From the NCBI GenBank assembly GCA_043228905.1, contig JBHGNT010000005.1, positions 21,638,001 to 21,702,000 of the forward strand: a stretch of 64,000 nucleotides of DNA, given 5' to 3'. Positions within the stretch are counted from its first letter, which is position 1. The number at the start of each line of letters is the position of its first letter. The translations under genes were made by a program, and so were the position numbers. The stretch is from Azolla caroliniana. Its lineage: Eukaryota > Plantae > Polypodiophyta. This document shows, piece after piece, positions 39,984 through 54,720 of this stretch. Below the pieces are notes generated by a model. The model worked only from the letters and a program-made list of their open reading frames with translations, searched no databases and had not been told where the DNA came from.

Positions 39984-40160
39984 AGAGAGAGAGAGAAAAG
40001 GATTTTCTCCTAAAAAGCTTTGGCCGGCGTTTAATGGCGCACAGCTGTGAGAGAGGGTTTTATTTTTTTATTTTATTTTTTGCATACATATTAAGCTTTT
40101 AGAGACCTTTCCTATGCCAAGGCAAACCCGAAGGAGTACGATGCGCGGACAACCAGCGGC

Positions 40161-40179
40161 CGGCCCAGACTCTGGGCCG
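40161..40179. promoter_or_regulatory. Palindromic pair of site II (TGGGCC) motifs
   Basis: CGGCCCAGA-C-TCTGGGCCG, a perfect 9-bp inverted repeat about 180 bp upstream of the telo-box. Confidence 0.6.
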
Positions 40180-43100
40180 ACCCGGCCGACTGGCCGAAGC
40201 GTTCCCATTGACACTCGACTATATACATAATGAGATGCCAAAGTCTGCTGAAGAGAGATAGCCCTGCACCCCGACATTGGTGTGCTCTGCCCATACCACT
40301 GGCTTCCCGAAACAAGAAGGTAGAGCAATCATCATCCCGTGGTCACTGTCAGCTTCCTGTATCCTCCCCGTTACCCACAACACCGCCCATCGTACCATTG
40401 GTAGCAGCGTGGCCAAGTACCACTACAAAAGAAAAAGGTAGTGCAATCATCATCCCATGAACCCTGAGAAGAATTCTTCATATCCTTGCCCATGCACCAC
40501 ATGTGGCCGATGTGTGCACCACTAACAAAAGATGGCTTGTGTGGAATGGGACGCATTATTCATCGGAAACATGAGCATTACGTTGCATGTTATGCATGTA
40601 TCATTCCTTGTGTCTCGTATGATGTAGATCACGAGTGCATTGCATGAGAACGAAGTCATTGTAGCCAAACCCTAGCTTACGACGAAGACTCAATACGTTA
40701 ATACCATTCTGAGTTTGTACTCTTCACCCATCATTGGTTAGTTCCAGCAAAGTGCAATACCTGGTTGTTGTTGGGCGCCCACCTCTTGGCGTTTGTTAAC
40801 TAATTGGTTGTTAGCAAAATGCTCTTGCATTTGTGAATACTTCATAACGGATGTTATCACTATTGAGTAGGAAGTTGCGATTGCATTTCATTAGACGTGG
40901 GTATTTTTACAACATGAGCATTGGATGTTGAGGTTTTGAGTGCCATCGATTACATGTCCAAATAGGTACTTGTGACCTAATGTATATTGCACAAGTAGAA
41001 TCAAAGAATGTACATACAAGCACCATGAACGTATAAAAGAATATGCACCCCCAATCCAACTAATATTGTGGTCACATGCTAAAGGTCAATACAAACCTAA
41101 TATACTTCTAACGACTATACGAAAATCTCAGGACAACACATATATGTCTCCTATATTAAATTGTTGTATGCAAAAATGTTCGTGACAACAACATCATCCG
41201 TAAGAAACATAGTCAATTTTCAAGCCTTAGCTTTGAGGTGATGTTTCCACTTGCATGATAATTGCAAAAGTTATTCCTTTTGACCAAACATCAACTCAAG
41301 TACTAATCGAATATATCACGTCGTATATTCTAAACGTGGAATCTGCTCTAATGAATTGCAAATTATGATGTTGAAGTCGTTATTTTAGATTACTAACGTG
41401 GAACACATGGTGAATGGAGAAAATGTGCACACAACTCTACTTTCGAAGATATGTCATTGATCTTCTTCATTATTTGGAATGGTCAATGATATTGAGAAGA
41501 CAACTCTAGGCATGTGCATGTTTAGATATTGTTTGGATGTTTCAATATCCTCATATACACCTACAAGTCACCGTGGTGTATCAATCCAATCCAATCATGC
41601 GCATTTCTCGTAGAAAATCGCCATGAAATATATTTTATGCGTGGATAGTTCAATTGCAATTGATATCTCTAGTTGAAAGCCATAAACCTACGCATACAGG
41701 TTATACGTAATAGCCAATTGCTCTCAACTATTAAGCACATTCATCATGTGGAAGTTCATAGTCTTGATCAAAACGACTATGAGATACCCATTGGCACGGA
41801 GTGTATCCTCCATAGTTTGATATTTGAGCTCATTGATGTGGATTATACATGAGCCACAAGCACTACCAAGTATTCAATTCTTCAAAACCACTTGCCATTG
41901 CCAAATTCATCAGGAAAACATATGAATTATCCAAAAAGAGTTAATGCAACTCACATTTATTTGCAATTGTCTTAGTTTGAAGTGACTAGAACATCTCTTA
42001 TCATATTGCTTCAAATTCAAATTCATTCAAAAAACATATAGATCTATAATTTCTCCAAAGGAGTTTTGTGGCTATCCATGTCTCTTAGGCTAACATATTT
42101 TCTATAGGAATGGATCATGCCATTTGTTGCACATACTTTATGATTTTCCATGACTCTTAACACCATAAAACTTAAATTCAGATTATAATTAATTAAGTAA
42201 CCTCATGAAAGTTATAACCAATCATTTGTATAAATGCAATACTTCTAATATGTGTTTTAGCACGTAATTATTTCTTTAAACAAAATTGTGGCATAACATA
42301 ACTTCTTTGCTTCAATGCATCAAAGCGTCTCTTTTAAATTATTTATGGACAATAAAACAATTTAGTTTGTTATAACTCCGAAGTTAATGGAAGACTTGTG
42401 ATATGCTTGTAAATCCGTGAACTCCACAAATCTTGCTCTAACTTTGCATGTGTATTCATCAACTAATCGAGTTATTTAACCAAAGAACCAAAGTGGAAAG
42501 TGGCTCTCTTGAAAAACCAAAGAACGTAGTTGATCGCCTTCAAATTCGAGATGTACAGGTTGAAGAAGTAATGAATGGCTCATAACTATGACCTGAGAGG
42601 GTTTGTTTCCGAATAGAGCTACTTTCGTTGATGCCTATGGATATGGATACCTTGCAATGTGTATAGGGAATAGATTGTAATTGTTGGACAGTTTTCTCTA
42701 TGTTGGTGTACACAGATTTGTTTCCTCAACCGTTGTCTACGGAATATGGGCTTTGGAAAATATACTTTGTATGATGTAACCGTTATGACCTTTTTTTATA
42801 ACTAATGGAAGGATAATTTATTTTGTAAAAAAAAAAACCAATTGAGTTATTTATGGACGCGTTTCTCCACACATGGAAATTTCCTTTACAACCTAACACC
42901 ATACATTCATAATCACGGTGAACGCTAATATACACAAATCCACATAAATTTCTAGAACCAACAAAATTCATTAACAAAACATAGTTTTACAACAAGTCGA
43001 TGTGATGATGAATTGGTCTTGATGATCCAACATATTCCTTTATTTAGGTTGTTTGCATTAATAATCTGGAGCAGAGGAGGTAAGGGTGAATAAGAGCACT

Positions 43101-43907
43101 TACTTATGGAGGTGGCACAAAATGCTACAAGTGATACCACTAATGGACCAAAGGAACTTGCATGTGAGTTCTTTCTTTGGGTCTTCGTTTGAAGAACAAA
43201 ACATGCTATTTGTATAACGAGAATTGCAATTGAAAAAATCGTGTTGATTGAATGTGCGACCATTAGAGCATAAATGAATGAAGGAATATTAGACAGTTTC
43301 TTTCAAAAAATATAACCAATTTAGCGCGAGGCATACTATAATGTCATAAGAAACCATATTAAAATGGGTACAACCATATCATGTCCAAGAGCTTCAAGCA
43401 TGATGCTATGATTGATTTGACCATGCTCGCAATGAAGAAAAATGTCAAAGGACCTAGTCAACAACATCAAGCATAAATTGTAAATGTTCAATTTCTCTAC
43501 GACAAGAGTCCAACGATGTCACTTGTTTGTTGTCTTTTCTCTACCGACTTTTAATAGCACCGCCAATTATTCGATACCCAAAGGGTCATAAATGAAGGCA
43601 TGTTGGTGTATGGAACGACATATCTATAAAGACATCCATCATTATGAGTCATGACATCTTAGTGCGGGCTCTACATTTCGCAACCATGAAACTTAGTAGC
43701 AATTTCAAACACTATAAGAAAAGGTTAGCATTGTGAGTGTGTCTGCACGTACATATTGGTATCCATGGGGTAGTTTGACTATTTTCCAATCTTTTACTTA
43801 GGAGAATTTATATAATGCACAAACTATCATGCGAAGTAAAGCAATTTCAAAACAAGGTGATTCCCCTTTTACACTAGCACAAGCATATCAAATGCATAAA
43901 CATTGAA

Positions 43908-44457
43908 TAAAATGAAGGTAATGTAAAATGTCACGTGCAAAAAGATATATATATTTATAATGACAATGGGATTTTTTTGTGGGATACAATGCTTCCCGAA
44001 CAATGATAAAAGTGTGTGCCTAGTTATTCTTTTTACATTTATGGTATTTATCAGCATAATGTTTCCATAACAACAATAGAATTGGATTAAAATGAAGGTA
44101 ATGTAAAATGTCACGTGCGAAAAGATATATATATATATTTATAATGACAATGGGATTTTTTCGTGGGATACAATGCTTCCCGAACAATGATAAAAGTGTG
44201 TGCCTAGTTATTCTTTTTACATTTATGGTATTTATCAGCATAATGTTTCCATAACAACAATAGAATTGGATTAAAATGAAGGTAATGTAAAATGTCACGT
44301 GCGAAAAGATATATATATATATTTATAATGACAATGGGATTTTTTCGTGGGATACAATGCTTCCCGAACAATGATAAAAGTGTGTGCCTAGTTATTCTTT
44401 TTACATTTATGGTATTTATCAGCATAATGTTTCCATAACAACAATAGAATTGGATTT
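43908..44457 (+). repeat. Tandem repeat, 3 x 180-186 bp; units differ mainly in an internal (TA)n
   Basis: TAAAATGAAGGTAATGTAAAATGTCACGTGC at 43908, 44088 and 44272. Confidence 0.95.
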
Positions 44458-46932
44458 CCATGCCTCTATTCTTCATAAGTTAGGTAAATCAATGTTAAGT
44501 ATGTTTGCTCTCTTATGAGTCTAGAATTTATAGCTTGAACAATGGCGGGGTTGGGACTTCACCTACTTGATTTATGTTAAGGTTAGGTGGAGTTCAAGCA
44601 AAATTGAGGAGAGGTTTGAACTTTGGTCATGTCTAAGTGTCGCTCACCCATTTGTTCTACTCAATCAATACAAAGGTCACATATATGTGCTTCGTATATT
44701 ACATTTGATTCTCTAATAATGGAGCTCTATAACTAATTTATTTCTTTACGTTATGGAATCTTGGCCAACACCATTTCAATGTGGAGCTCAACGTATTTCT
44801 AAACACTATTAAAAAGAAAAGATAGTGACACATAAATTCTTGCTACCATGTTATGACAATCAAATGATGTGCCTTTTCTGCTTGGATTCCTTCTTAATTG
44901 CATGATATTTGGAAAAGGTCTTTATCTTTTATGATGTGAAAGCAAAGAAAGTTATATAACATGTTTCCTATTGAATATCACAAGGGCTCGTAGGACATGT
45001 GTAACCTTTTGTTGGGAGCTTCACTTACATAAAAATCTAATCAAATACAACACATTTTTAATAAAGGAAAAAAACTATGACATATTGATAGCTTTGTAAC
45101 GAAGAATACCAAAAAAAAATTCCAATTTACCGGAATTACCCTATAATTTTTTTCGGATGTACTAAACTTGCCATTAATATGTTTTATTATGTTGTTTGAT
45201 CCCAATACTAAAGTAGCTACTACAATAGTGTGACTATCAAAATGAAATGTCACTTATTATTACTATGATAGTTTGAATTTTGGCCCACTTCCAAAATTTG
45301 CATACTAACTGCATTAATCATCCACACTAGTTGAAATATATAAAAGTTTATTGCGTGCCCACAATAATTATGAACATGTACACTATGTATTAGTCATGCC
45401 ATTTTATTGTGTACAAAGTTATGGAAACATTAGTGTTTTCCACCTTTAGCCAACTTGCATTTGACATAACAACGATATCTTCACGAAGTGCATTGTGCTC
45501 ATTATTGCTATCATTGGATTGGATGTCACCAATCCATACATTTTGGACAATTGTGTCCCATTGTGCTTAATGCAAACAAAATTGATACGACCCCAAATAA
45601 ATAGATGTCTTCTTAATGTCCGCAAGCGACCAAATATGATATAATTCAATGATGACGATATTCCACGACATGATACATGAGTATATGAAGAACAAAAATG
45701 ATGGATGGCAATCCTAGGGCGATGATTTGGGATGATGATAGTCCACATTATAACTAAGACAAAAGCCTCAACCCTATATATAAATAACAAGGCTTTTTTT
45801 CCTTATAAAACATTGTTTCATTCGTTATAAAGTGTGGGACACAAAATGAGATAGCACTAATAGTTTGTAGGTGCTTTCACATGACAAACATCAATACGGT
45901 GGTTTGTTTTGATATACATTCACTACAATTCTTATGGGGTACTTCATCGAGAAAGCCTCCAAATCCGTCATGATATTGTGACGTGGTAATGAGATAGAAA
46001 TGAATAATTACATTGAATACTTGTCATTATTATAGATTTCCCCCCATATTATTATTATCATTAGTATATGTGCTAGGCTTTGCGATGACTTTTCAAACTA
46101 GGATTCTTAATTAAAATAACATTCGATCTCTTTAATGCCTCTTACAAGATCCTTAAAAGTAAATGACGATTTTCATGATAGATCGAAATTGTCTTGTATA
46201 GTGCTCATAAATATTATAAAACTATTTCATAAGGAATAAATATTTGTATTTATGGAGTGATAAGGTCTCTAGTTCATACTCTACCTAGTTCCATGTCCCC
46301 GATAAGTGACACCATTTAAATGTACTATAAGTGGCGATATGTTTGTTGCATCGCATGATGTGGGTGTGATTGAAATGACATTGTCAAACATCGTACACAT
46401 TGATGATGAATGCCATTACTGTGTTTGTTATATTTAAGATGTTGCGTTACCACATTGCATATGAGCAATATTTCCCCACTAACTTGAATCAAAGAAGCTC
46501 TTTCATCCACATTGTATAAATAGTCATATTTTTCGTAGTTGGATAGGCCCATGGTTTTGAATCTTCACCCTTTAACATATGCCCTCGTCCTTTTTCTTCG
46601 TCTCTTGTTTTAGCATCCATGAGATATTATTTATAAAACGAACGACAACTATACATAGATCATGAAAAGCATTGATATCAAGCGAAGATAAAAAACAATC
46701 TCCTTTCTAATAACTAGTTGGGAGGCTACTAATTCTTAGTGTAGCTCGATAAAATCAAATGTCATATTGATGATGCACGCATTTGTAATTTCATAGACAA
46801 CGGTTTCATCTCCATACACCCCCCCACTAGTACATGAATAAACAAGCAATTGATCTTGCTATGACACATCAAGTTTTATTGTAGAATGAGAAGAACCCTA
46901 CCGACTCCATTTCATTCTACTTGTTTGTTTTT

Positions 46933-46963
<31 letters not shown>

Positions 46964-48153
46964 GGCTACTTGCATGGATGCCCAACTCTAGGTGTTACTG
47001 TTTACATTTATAGTCATGTCCAACATCCAATTGAACTCACGCTACCGGTCACTAAAGCATCCTAAATGCTAGTTACCTTATGAGCAAGAAGCATGAAAAG
47101 AAAAGGAAATTCAAAATAATTCATTTTACTTTCTAAAGGTGAATAAAGTTGTGATTAACAATAAGCCTTTCCCTATAGTGGCTGCAACAAAACCTTAATA
47201 CAAGTTACAACCTACATCTATCTTGACATGGGTTTAGTTATTGGCAAGATGATCCAACGATGCTTTTTGTCTATGAAAGTCCAAGTCAATGTGATATATG
47301 ACATGTGTATAAATGTAATGTTGTTTATCAATTAACTCGATGTGTGTGAGTTTAACCCAATATGTTCATGTCTAATTTGCACAATATCGATGCACTTTAG
47401 TTATAGAAGCCACGATGCAACAAACTCATATTGTCCTTGTCGATTAACTTTACAATGAACGAGGTTTTGAAAATATGACACGTGCATGAAATGTGATGTC
47501 GTTGTTGGTTCACCCCACATGCATATGAAATATGACATACGTACGAATGTAATATCCTTGTCAGTTAATTCAACATGTGTTGGTCAATATGTGCACATTT
47601 GTGAGTTCTATCCAATATGTGTGTGTCTATCCACACATTATTGTGTCTAATCCACACATTATCGATGCACTCTAGTTATAGATGCGATGATACTACTAGC
47701 TTATATCGTCATTTGATGTTACTACAAATATAATTATAATATCTATGCGATGTGATCAAGGGGTGGCACAAGTTGTTTCTCGACTAGAAGCCAAGAGTAT
47801 TAGAGCAAGCAATATAAGACAAACAATAGGACAATAGGTAGGGGGCGCAGTAGTGTAGTGACCAAGTCTTGCTCTATTATGATGATGACATCATGATGAA
47901 TAAAATTAATAAGAAAAACATGTGGAAAGTAGCCAAAATAGGAGGGTAGAATTCTACCTTACTAATAATAGATATTGTATGAGTGATTTTGACATTACAT
48001 AAAAGTAGTAATTAATATGCTTAATATAACAGCCTTTGTTTCCTTCTTCGTTCTTCTTACATGCATATGATTTGATTAGCACTAAAGACGCTTGTAGGTA
48101 TAAATAATTAGCTAATCAAGTCTAGTTAGAAGAGAAGAAAATCATTAAAGTTT

Positions 48154-50858
48154 ATGATGGATGAGGCTATGTATAATATATTACCTTGGCCTAGTGATAA
48201 TATAATTCATCCTAGAGATGATATTGCTAATAATATCGAGGAGGAGGAAGAAGACAAGAAGTTGTTATATACCTATGATTACAATAGGTCATTGATGAAG
48301 GGAGTGAAGAATCATGGTCAGATCCATGGCGATAACAATAACAATAACAACAAGAATGATGTGTCAATGTGGCTTGATGTGAAGGTGTGGTATGTGAGGG
48401 TGACCTCATGTGTGCCATGTGAAATGAATGAAGCCCCAGACACACTCATGATGGTGTATCCACCGAGGGACATCTCCATTGAGCTAGAAGTAGATGGGCA
48501 AACGATCCATCCGTCTAAGAAAGCATCCTTCTTGATGTCGATACGAAGGGTCGATACACCAACTAGAGATGTACTTTCTGTAGACCAACTTAGCAATGGA
48601 TCACAACGACACGCGATTCATGATGGGTCGATGGCTTCAACAATGATTGATACTAATATAATCATGCCAAATATTCTATATTGTGAGTCTTATACATATG
48701 TTAGCACTAATCACCTTAGAGTGTGTGGGGACATACTGCCCTTTGAAATTTATGATAATCATGATGAATTGATCGCATATGGGAATCTCACAAGATCGCC
48801 TACTACTTTTATCAATAACATTAATAATAGTAGTAATAACAATAGCATTGAATTAGGTGGTGGTTATATCAATAGTTTTATTCATAATAATGCTATTAGT
48901 GTTGGGTGGGTCATGGATTGTGTAAGTGGGATAAGTTCTAGCTCTTCTTGCTCTTTTCTTGCGAGAAGCCAAATGAATTATATCAACAATAATAGCATTA
49001 ATTATAGAAATATGGACTTGATCTCTAGTCATGCTACGAGTAATTCATTGATAGCCACGAGCCCATCCATGGAGGTTTATGTTGCTGGTACGTGTTATGG
49101 ACACCCTATTGTCTTCACTTGCACAGTGTGCTTGCAGGTGCCAATTGCAACACAATGTACTCTTAGGAGATCAAAGTCAAGGTCAAACCTTACTAGATTA
49201 AAAATTAGCAACTTTGATGTCATCCCAAAAGCTAATGAAGAATTATTACCACAACACAATCATATACTTGATCACAACAACATTGTCTCCATGGATCACG
49301 AGGTACAAAGTAATTTATCAAACTTTTAATTTTGTTGTATTATTTACTCGCGATGAAGTCTAATCATCACAAATGGAAGAGAGAGTTTTGCTTTGTCACT
49401 CATCCATGCATGAGAGAGAACGATATCATCATCTCAGAGGAATAATATAATCACATCATTCATGCCATGAATTGACATTAGATCATTTAAGCACATTGTA
49501 AAAAATAATCTTCATTCAAATATATTGCAATCTAGGATACAAATCCCATTGCAATTGATCATACACACTTAAGGGAATTTAATGTACTATAGGTAATACA
49601 ACTTTGGGGAAAGTAACCTCTTTGCGTGTGGGATCTAAAATAACAAAAAGTTTATACGTGTGTTGCATTGGATACATGTAATTTTTAGGATCATCAACCC
49701 ACTTAAATTCTCAACTAGAAAAGTTGAAGAATATCATAGAGAAAATGAGTTTTTTTATAAATCTCAAGTGAGACTATAATGGTGGAAACCTCCTATGGAC
49801 CAATCACAATGCATGCTTGCTGAGCTATAATTAAACAAGAGGGTAAGCTAGCTCTCTCCAATGTCAAGACAAGTGATTAAAATTTATCATTGATTGAGCA
49901 TTTTTGGTTGCTTACCAAGTATTGATTGAACACAAGTAGAATTGTGTTTTGTCCAACATAAGCTAATATTGTTGATAGCTTCTTTGGCTTCTTCATGCAA
50001 GCAATAGTTAAACACGAGAGAAAGTGGGCTTTTCCCATTTAGGAATGTATCATTCAATGTTTTGTGAATAGAATATCTAATTATGTTTTAGTGGGAGAAA
50101 GGACGATAGGTTGCTAGGCCTAACTAAGGTGCCCACCCACACTTCAACTAGAATGCCTTTGGAAGCTTGTTATGTTAATGATTAAGAAAAATGTGGGAAG
50201 GGTAATGGTCTTAATTTACCATTGGCAAGGGGGGCTATTATGTGAAAAACTGCCTATAATGAGGATGTAAGAATAACAACGTCATGTTTGATAAGAGAAT
50301 ACATGGAAATATGCGAGAAAATGGGCTCTCAACTCTTTCCAACACCCATCATGGAATCACATAATGGTGTGCATGCCCCATCCCCGCTGATTTATGATAA
50401 ACCCGTGCCATATTTTAATGTCAATAATAGAGGAAAACTTGTTGGGAAGGGGGCATTCAAAATGTCTAAAAATCTCTATAGAAGTATTTTCCATGTGGCG
50501 AAAATGTGTAGAAACTTCATAATTGGATTATCATTTTGGGTGTATATAATTTAAATTTATAAGCATAAGACTTTGTCAACTTTCATCGTCAAATTCATTT
50601 TTTTTGTTTTCTAATTTAATCTAGGAATGTGACGATGAAGAACTATATGGAAAGATATCTAACACTGCCTTCTACGATCGTATGCCCTTTGGATCAAGCA
50701 ACTTGTACATCGATGGTGATGGCGATATTCAAGAAGGCGAGTTGTCTTGGTTCAACGCAGGAGTGAGAGTTGGTGTCGGAATAGGATTAGGATTATGTTT
50801 GGGGCTAGGTATTGGATTAAGCTTGCTCGTTAGACCATTTAAGAGAAAGTTGTTGTGA
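48154..50858 (+). CDS. At1g01500-like plant protein (often annotated 'erythronate-4-phosphate dehydrogenase family'), C-terminal membrane anchor, 2 exons, about 460 aa
   Basis: Exons 48154-49302 and 50625-50858 (GT-AG, phase 0). Motifs WLDVKVWYVRV, LEVDG, YVSTNHLRV, MEVYVAG...P, and the signature EGELSWFNAGVRVGVGIGLGLCLGLGIGLSLLVR. Asn-rich insertions. Confidence 0.85.
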
Positions 50859-50906
50859 AAGTGTCTCAAACCAATGCATTTCAATCAAGAGCTATGGAGA
50901 AAAGAA

Positions 50907-51264
50907 AAGGGATGGTGTAAAACAAGTTGAGTCTCTTGAATCACCTTCTAATTTTGCACCCTTTCTTTTTGTTCATAAATAAGAAACGTATTTCTCACTC
51001 TGTATATAGAGAGTTTAGTCTTATATATGACGAGTTAATGGAGGGATGTAATTCTTTTCTTTCGTAGCAAGTCCATTATTTACCAAGGGATGGTGTAAAA
51101 CGAGTTGAGTCTCTTGAATCACCTTCTAATTTTGCACCCTTTCTTTTTGTTCATAAATAAGAAACGTATTTCTCACTCTATATATAGAGAGTTTGGTCTT
51201 ATATATGACAAGTTAACGAAGGGATGTAATTCTTTTCTTTTGTAGCGAGTCCATTATTTACCAA
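50907..51264 (+). repeat. Tandem duplication, 2 x 178 bp, in the 3' UTR region of the At1g01500-like gene
   Basis: AAGGGATGGTGTAAAAC at 50907 and 51085. Confidence 0.9.
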
Positions 51265-51878
51265 TCTTCCAATTGGATGTTCTTGAGTTGGGCCATAAGG
51301 CATCTTATATTATACACTCCATCATTGGATAGAAGAGTATGGGTTAGAAGTTGTGTGATGTATTTTGTGTAGTCTATTGCTATTAGAGCCACATAGGTGT
51401 AAAAAAAATGTAAGCATGTCTCATCCTTTTTGTTGAGTTTTTGGGTGTTCCAAAGTTGTAGCGTTAAAAGTAATGTAATGTTGTATTTGTTCTACAATTG
51501 CTCAAAGTTATAGATAGTTGTCTCCCATGACCATTCCTAGCAAATATTGGATTACATACATGCACACGATTGAAAGCTAGTTATAATGCCATTTGATTGT
51601 AGGGCATGGTGCCTTAGGGCAATCGACTACTAAGAGAGAAGTTGATATAGTGCGGTTGAGCAATTTTGTGTTGATTCATCCTCTTTTTCTGTCATGTGTA
51701 TTATTCCATTTGTTATGAGTTAGATTCCTCTATTTTTGCTAATGAGGAATTACATGTGGGATTCATTGTACTTCTCAATCACTAGGTACTATTTATTCAA
51801 TTATTAATGGTGAAATCATCCCCCTTTTTTGTTATGGACATGACACCAATCATATCAAGAATCAAACTCTTGACCTCT

Positions 51879-52137
51879 TGTATTCTAATCAAGTGTTGTG
51901 TTTTAACCAACACAACCATGTACACACCCAATACATGGTTGTGTTATTAGTAGATTATCTATTTTGTGTTCTAAGAGTTATTAGAAGTTTCCAAAAAGCT
52001 CCAGAAGATGGAACATTCCAAAAGCCTTTGCATGAAAAGGGTTCTATGCATGGAACTACATGTAGAGCCCACAGACATGTATAAATACAGGGATTCACCT
52101 GTCACGAAATCCTATATTTTGTTGTGTCTATCTCTTG

Positions 52138-52187
<50 letters not shown>

Positions 52188-52250
52188 ACCTTTGCCTAGC
52201 TCTGTTTTGGTTTGCTCTTCCTGTCTTTGACATTTTTGATCTCTTTGAAG
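51879..52250 (+). mobile_element. LTR-like fragment with a 14-bp hairpin, TATA box and (CT)n
   Basis: TGTATT start; AACACAACCATGTA-9 nt-TACATGGTTGTGTT (51909-51945); TATAAATA at 52080; (CT)n 52141-52182. Confidence 0.4.
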
Positions 52251-54224
52251 GATTAATCAAGGGCAAATGATACGCTTATGAAAGCTAAGGGTAATTAACG
52301 AACAAAAAACTCGATATTACGAAAACTTGAGGGTGATTTAGGAACAAAGAACTCTCAAGTATTTTTTCGGTCTTTCACCTTCAAATGTTGAGTTTCAGAG
52401 AACAATTGACCAAGGGTTATCACGAGTCAGCTTACCAAATGTTGTACTAAAGCTATATAAAAGGATATGCAAAAACAAGGAGAAATGTCATTCTCATATA
52501 AATATAGATCCAAAGGATATCCCGACCTAACGAGGATAATTTAATGCTACCATTTTAATTTTGTTGCTCTCGCTCTATATGTTGTCCCTCATAGTGTTAT
52601 TGTACAATGTATTTCATAGATTGTTTTCATCGACCAATGCTTATGGGTAAATTACAATGTGAATGTTTCATCACTAACACAAGTTGTTGAATGATGCCTT
52701 CTACATTGGAATGTCGAGGTACTTCGTTATAACTTATGATATGTGCCAGTGTTTGAACACATTCATTTAAGGTGCTCTATTACTTCAATTTGAGTGATAA
52801 CTATGTTGTTAAATATGGTTATGTAAATTTGGGGTCAATATTTCAACTTTACTTAAGATAAGTTGAATATGATGTTCTCATAGAATTTTGTTGACTTGAA
52901 CTTATCGGACGTCGCAAACTATATGGCAACCTTTTTTTTAGAAGTACCCATTTGAAAATGCCTATGTTTTTTCACGTCAAGCCAATGCCAGTTATGTGTG
53001 CGAGGAATAGATATGTTGCAAGGTGCTTTGTCTATTGTGCACAAAGTCTCCCGTATAAGGAGAGGGAATTTCCATTAGATATTATTCTTGCCTAAGTGCA
53101 CATAGTAGATTCCACATGCACGTAGAATCTTAGTATTGGTTGGGTATAATTCGTCTTGTATAGAATATAGTCTTAAATGTGTAACGAAAAGCAATGCTAT
53201 GTTACCTCCATTTTGGATTTGTAAATAGTAGATGAATTAACATATTGAATTAATTCAATACTCTCCATCTTAGGTGAAGTTAACAAGAGCATTATTAAAA
53301 ATTATAAGGCTTTTGAAATCAAGGAAAAAATAGAGATTCAAATATATGACATTCGTACAAATAAGATATGCCAAGCCAATGAAACAATTAACTTTGAGAT
53401 TCAAATATAAGGCATAGGTACATCGTACAAATAAGGCATGAATCATATATTCAAACCACACAAGGCTATGAAAGCATGTGGATAATCCAGGGGTAGCAAA
53501 TTATATTATAGACTTCAAAACGAGGTGGCCGTTTCAACATTGATACATCATTGATAGCTTGTGGCGTATACGTTTGAACTACAATATCCCGTGGAAGCAC
53601 ATAATTATCCGAGGGTAATGAGCCATGATAATGTTGTGTGAACTAATCTGTAACATTTGCTCCATAATTTTGGAGTTACACTTAGAGAACTAAAAAGACA
53701 ACATCGACATGATATTGCGACGTAATACAATCGACACAATGAATCCCCCAATTCTTCATACTAGTGCCAAGGTGGATATTCATGAATATGAAAGCCACCA
53801 TTGACTTGCATATTAGTAGAAACACAATAGTTAAAAGTTCTAAATATTCTGTTCAAGCTAAACTAAAAATGACTAAGTAGTCCAACCTACGTGGATGCAT
53901 AGCTTATTACTCATTAGTCATAATATGGTAGAAACATGTGCTACTTATACTAACCATCAAACATGCTACTTATTGTATATATCTACAACTAAGCTCAGTT
54001 AAGTACCCTCGATTATAAAAACAAGATACTAATGAAATTTGCATTGTCTTTGGGTGCCATGTAACGAGCTTGAAATGTAGATGAATGTGTATTATTCCAT
54101 ATATTCCCTTAGGCATACAATAACAATTTGGTTAAGTGTGTGTCCATTTAAGTATGCCATTCTATTAAATGTGCTTTTTATAGAGGGCAAAATCCTATTA
54201 AAAAAAACATTGTTTCATGACAAA

Positions 54225-54720
54225 AGTACATCTAATCAACATATTAGCATTCACCTAAACTAAATTCAGCATATGGACTCCAATTCAGCCATAAAAACCA
54301 CATAAATCCACCGCATACTCTTTTACAATCGATTATTTTGGAATCCCCTTTCCCTCATTCTAAGAGAACCACAATTTGTGCATCTAATCTAACATATTGG
54401 CATTTATCTGAACTAAATTCGGCAAATGAACTCCAATTCAGCCATAACAAACCACACAAATCCATTACATACTCTTTTACAATCGATTAATTTTCCCTCC
54501 TAAGAAAACTAAACATTTGTGTCTAATCAACATTAGCATTTACCCAAGCTAAATTCAACAAATGGACTCCAATTCGGCAATAGACACACTTTTGGGCATG
54601 TACAAAAAGTATACACATGTGGAGAAGAATGTAGTAGCTATGTACACCCAAATAAGCAATTAAACCCGTTTTTGGACATGTACACAAAGTGTACATACCT
54701 GGAGAAGAATGTAGAAGCGT
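54225..54720 (+). repeat. Diverged tandem repeats (3 x ~140-150 bp, then 2 x ~80 bp)
   Basis: TCTAATC...CATT..C..A.CTAAATTC...ACTCCAATTC recurs three times. TTTTGG.CATGTACA.AAAGT.TACA...GGAGAAGAATGTAG recurs twice. Confidence 0.75.

Noticed and set aside
46928-46965. T15-G23 homopolymer (also G19 at 20224-20242) as functional G4 elements
   Set aside because: Isolated homopolymers with no supporting context; lengths are error-prone in assemblies.
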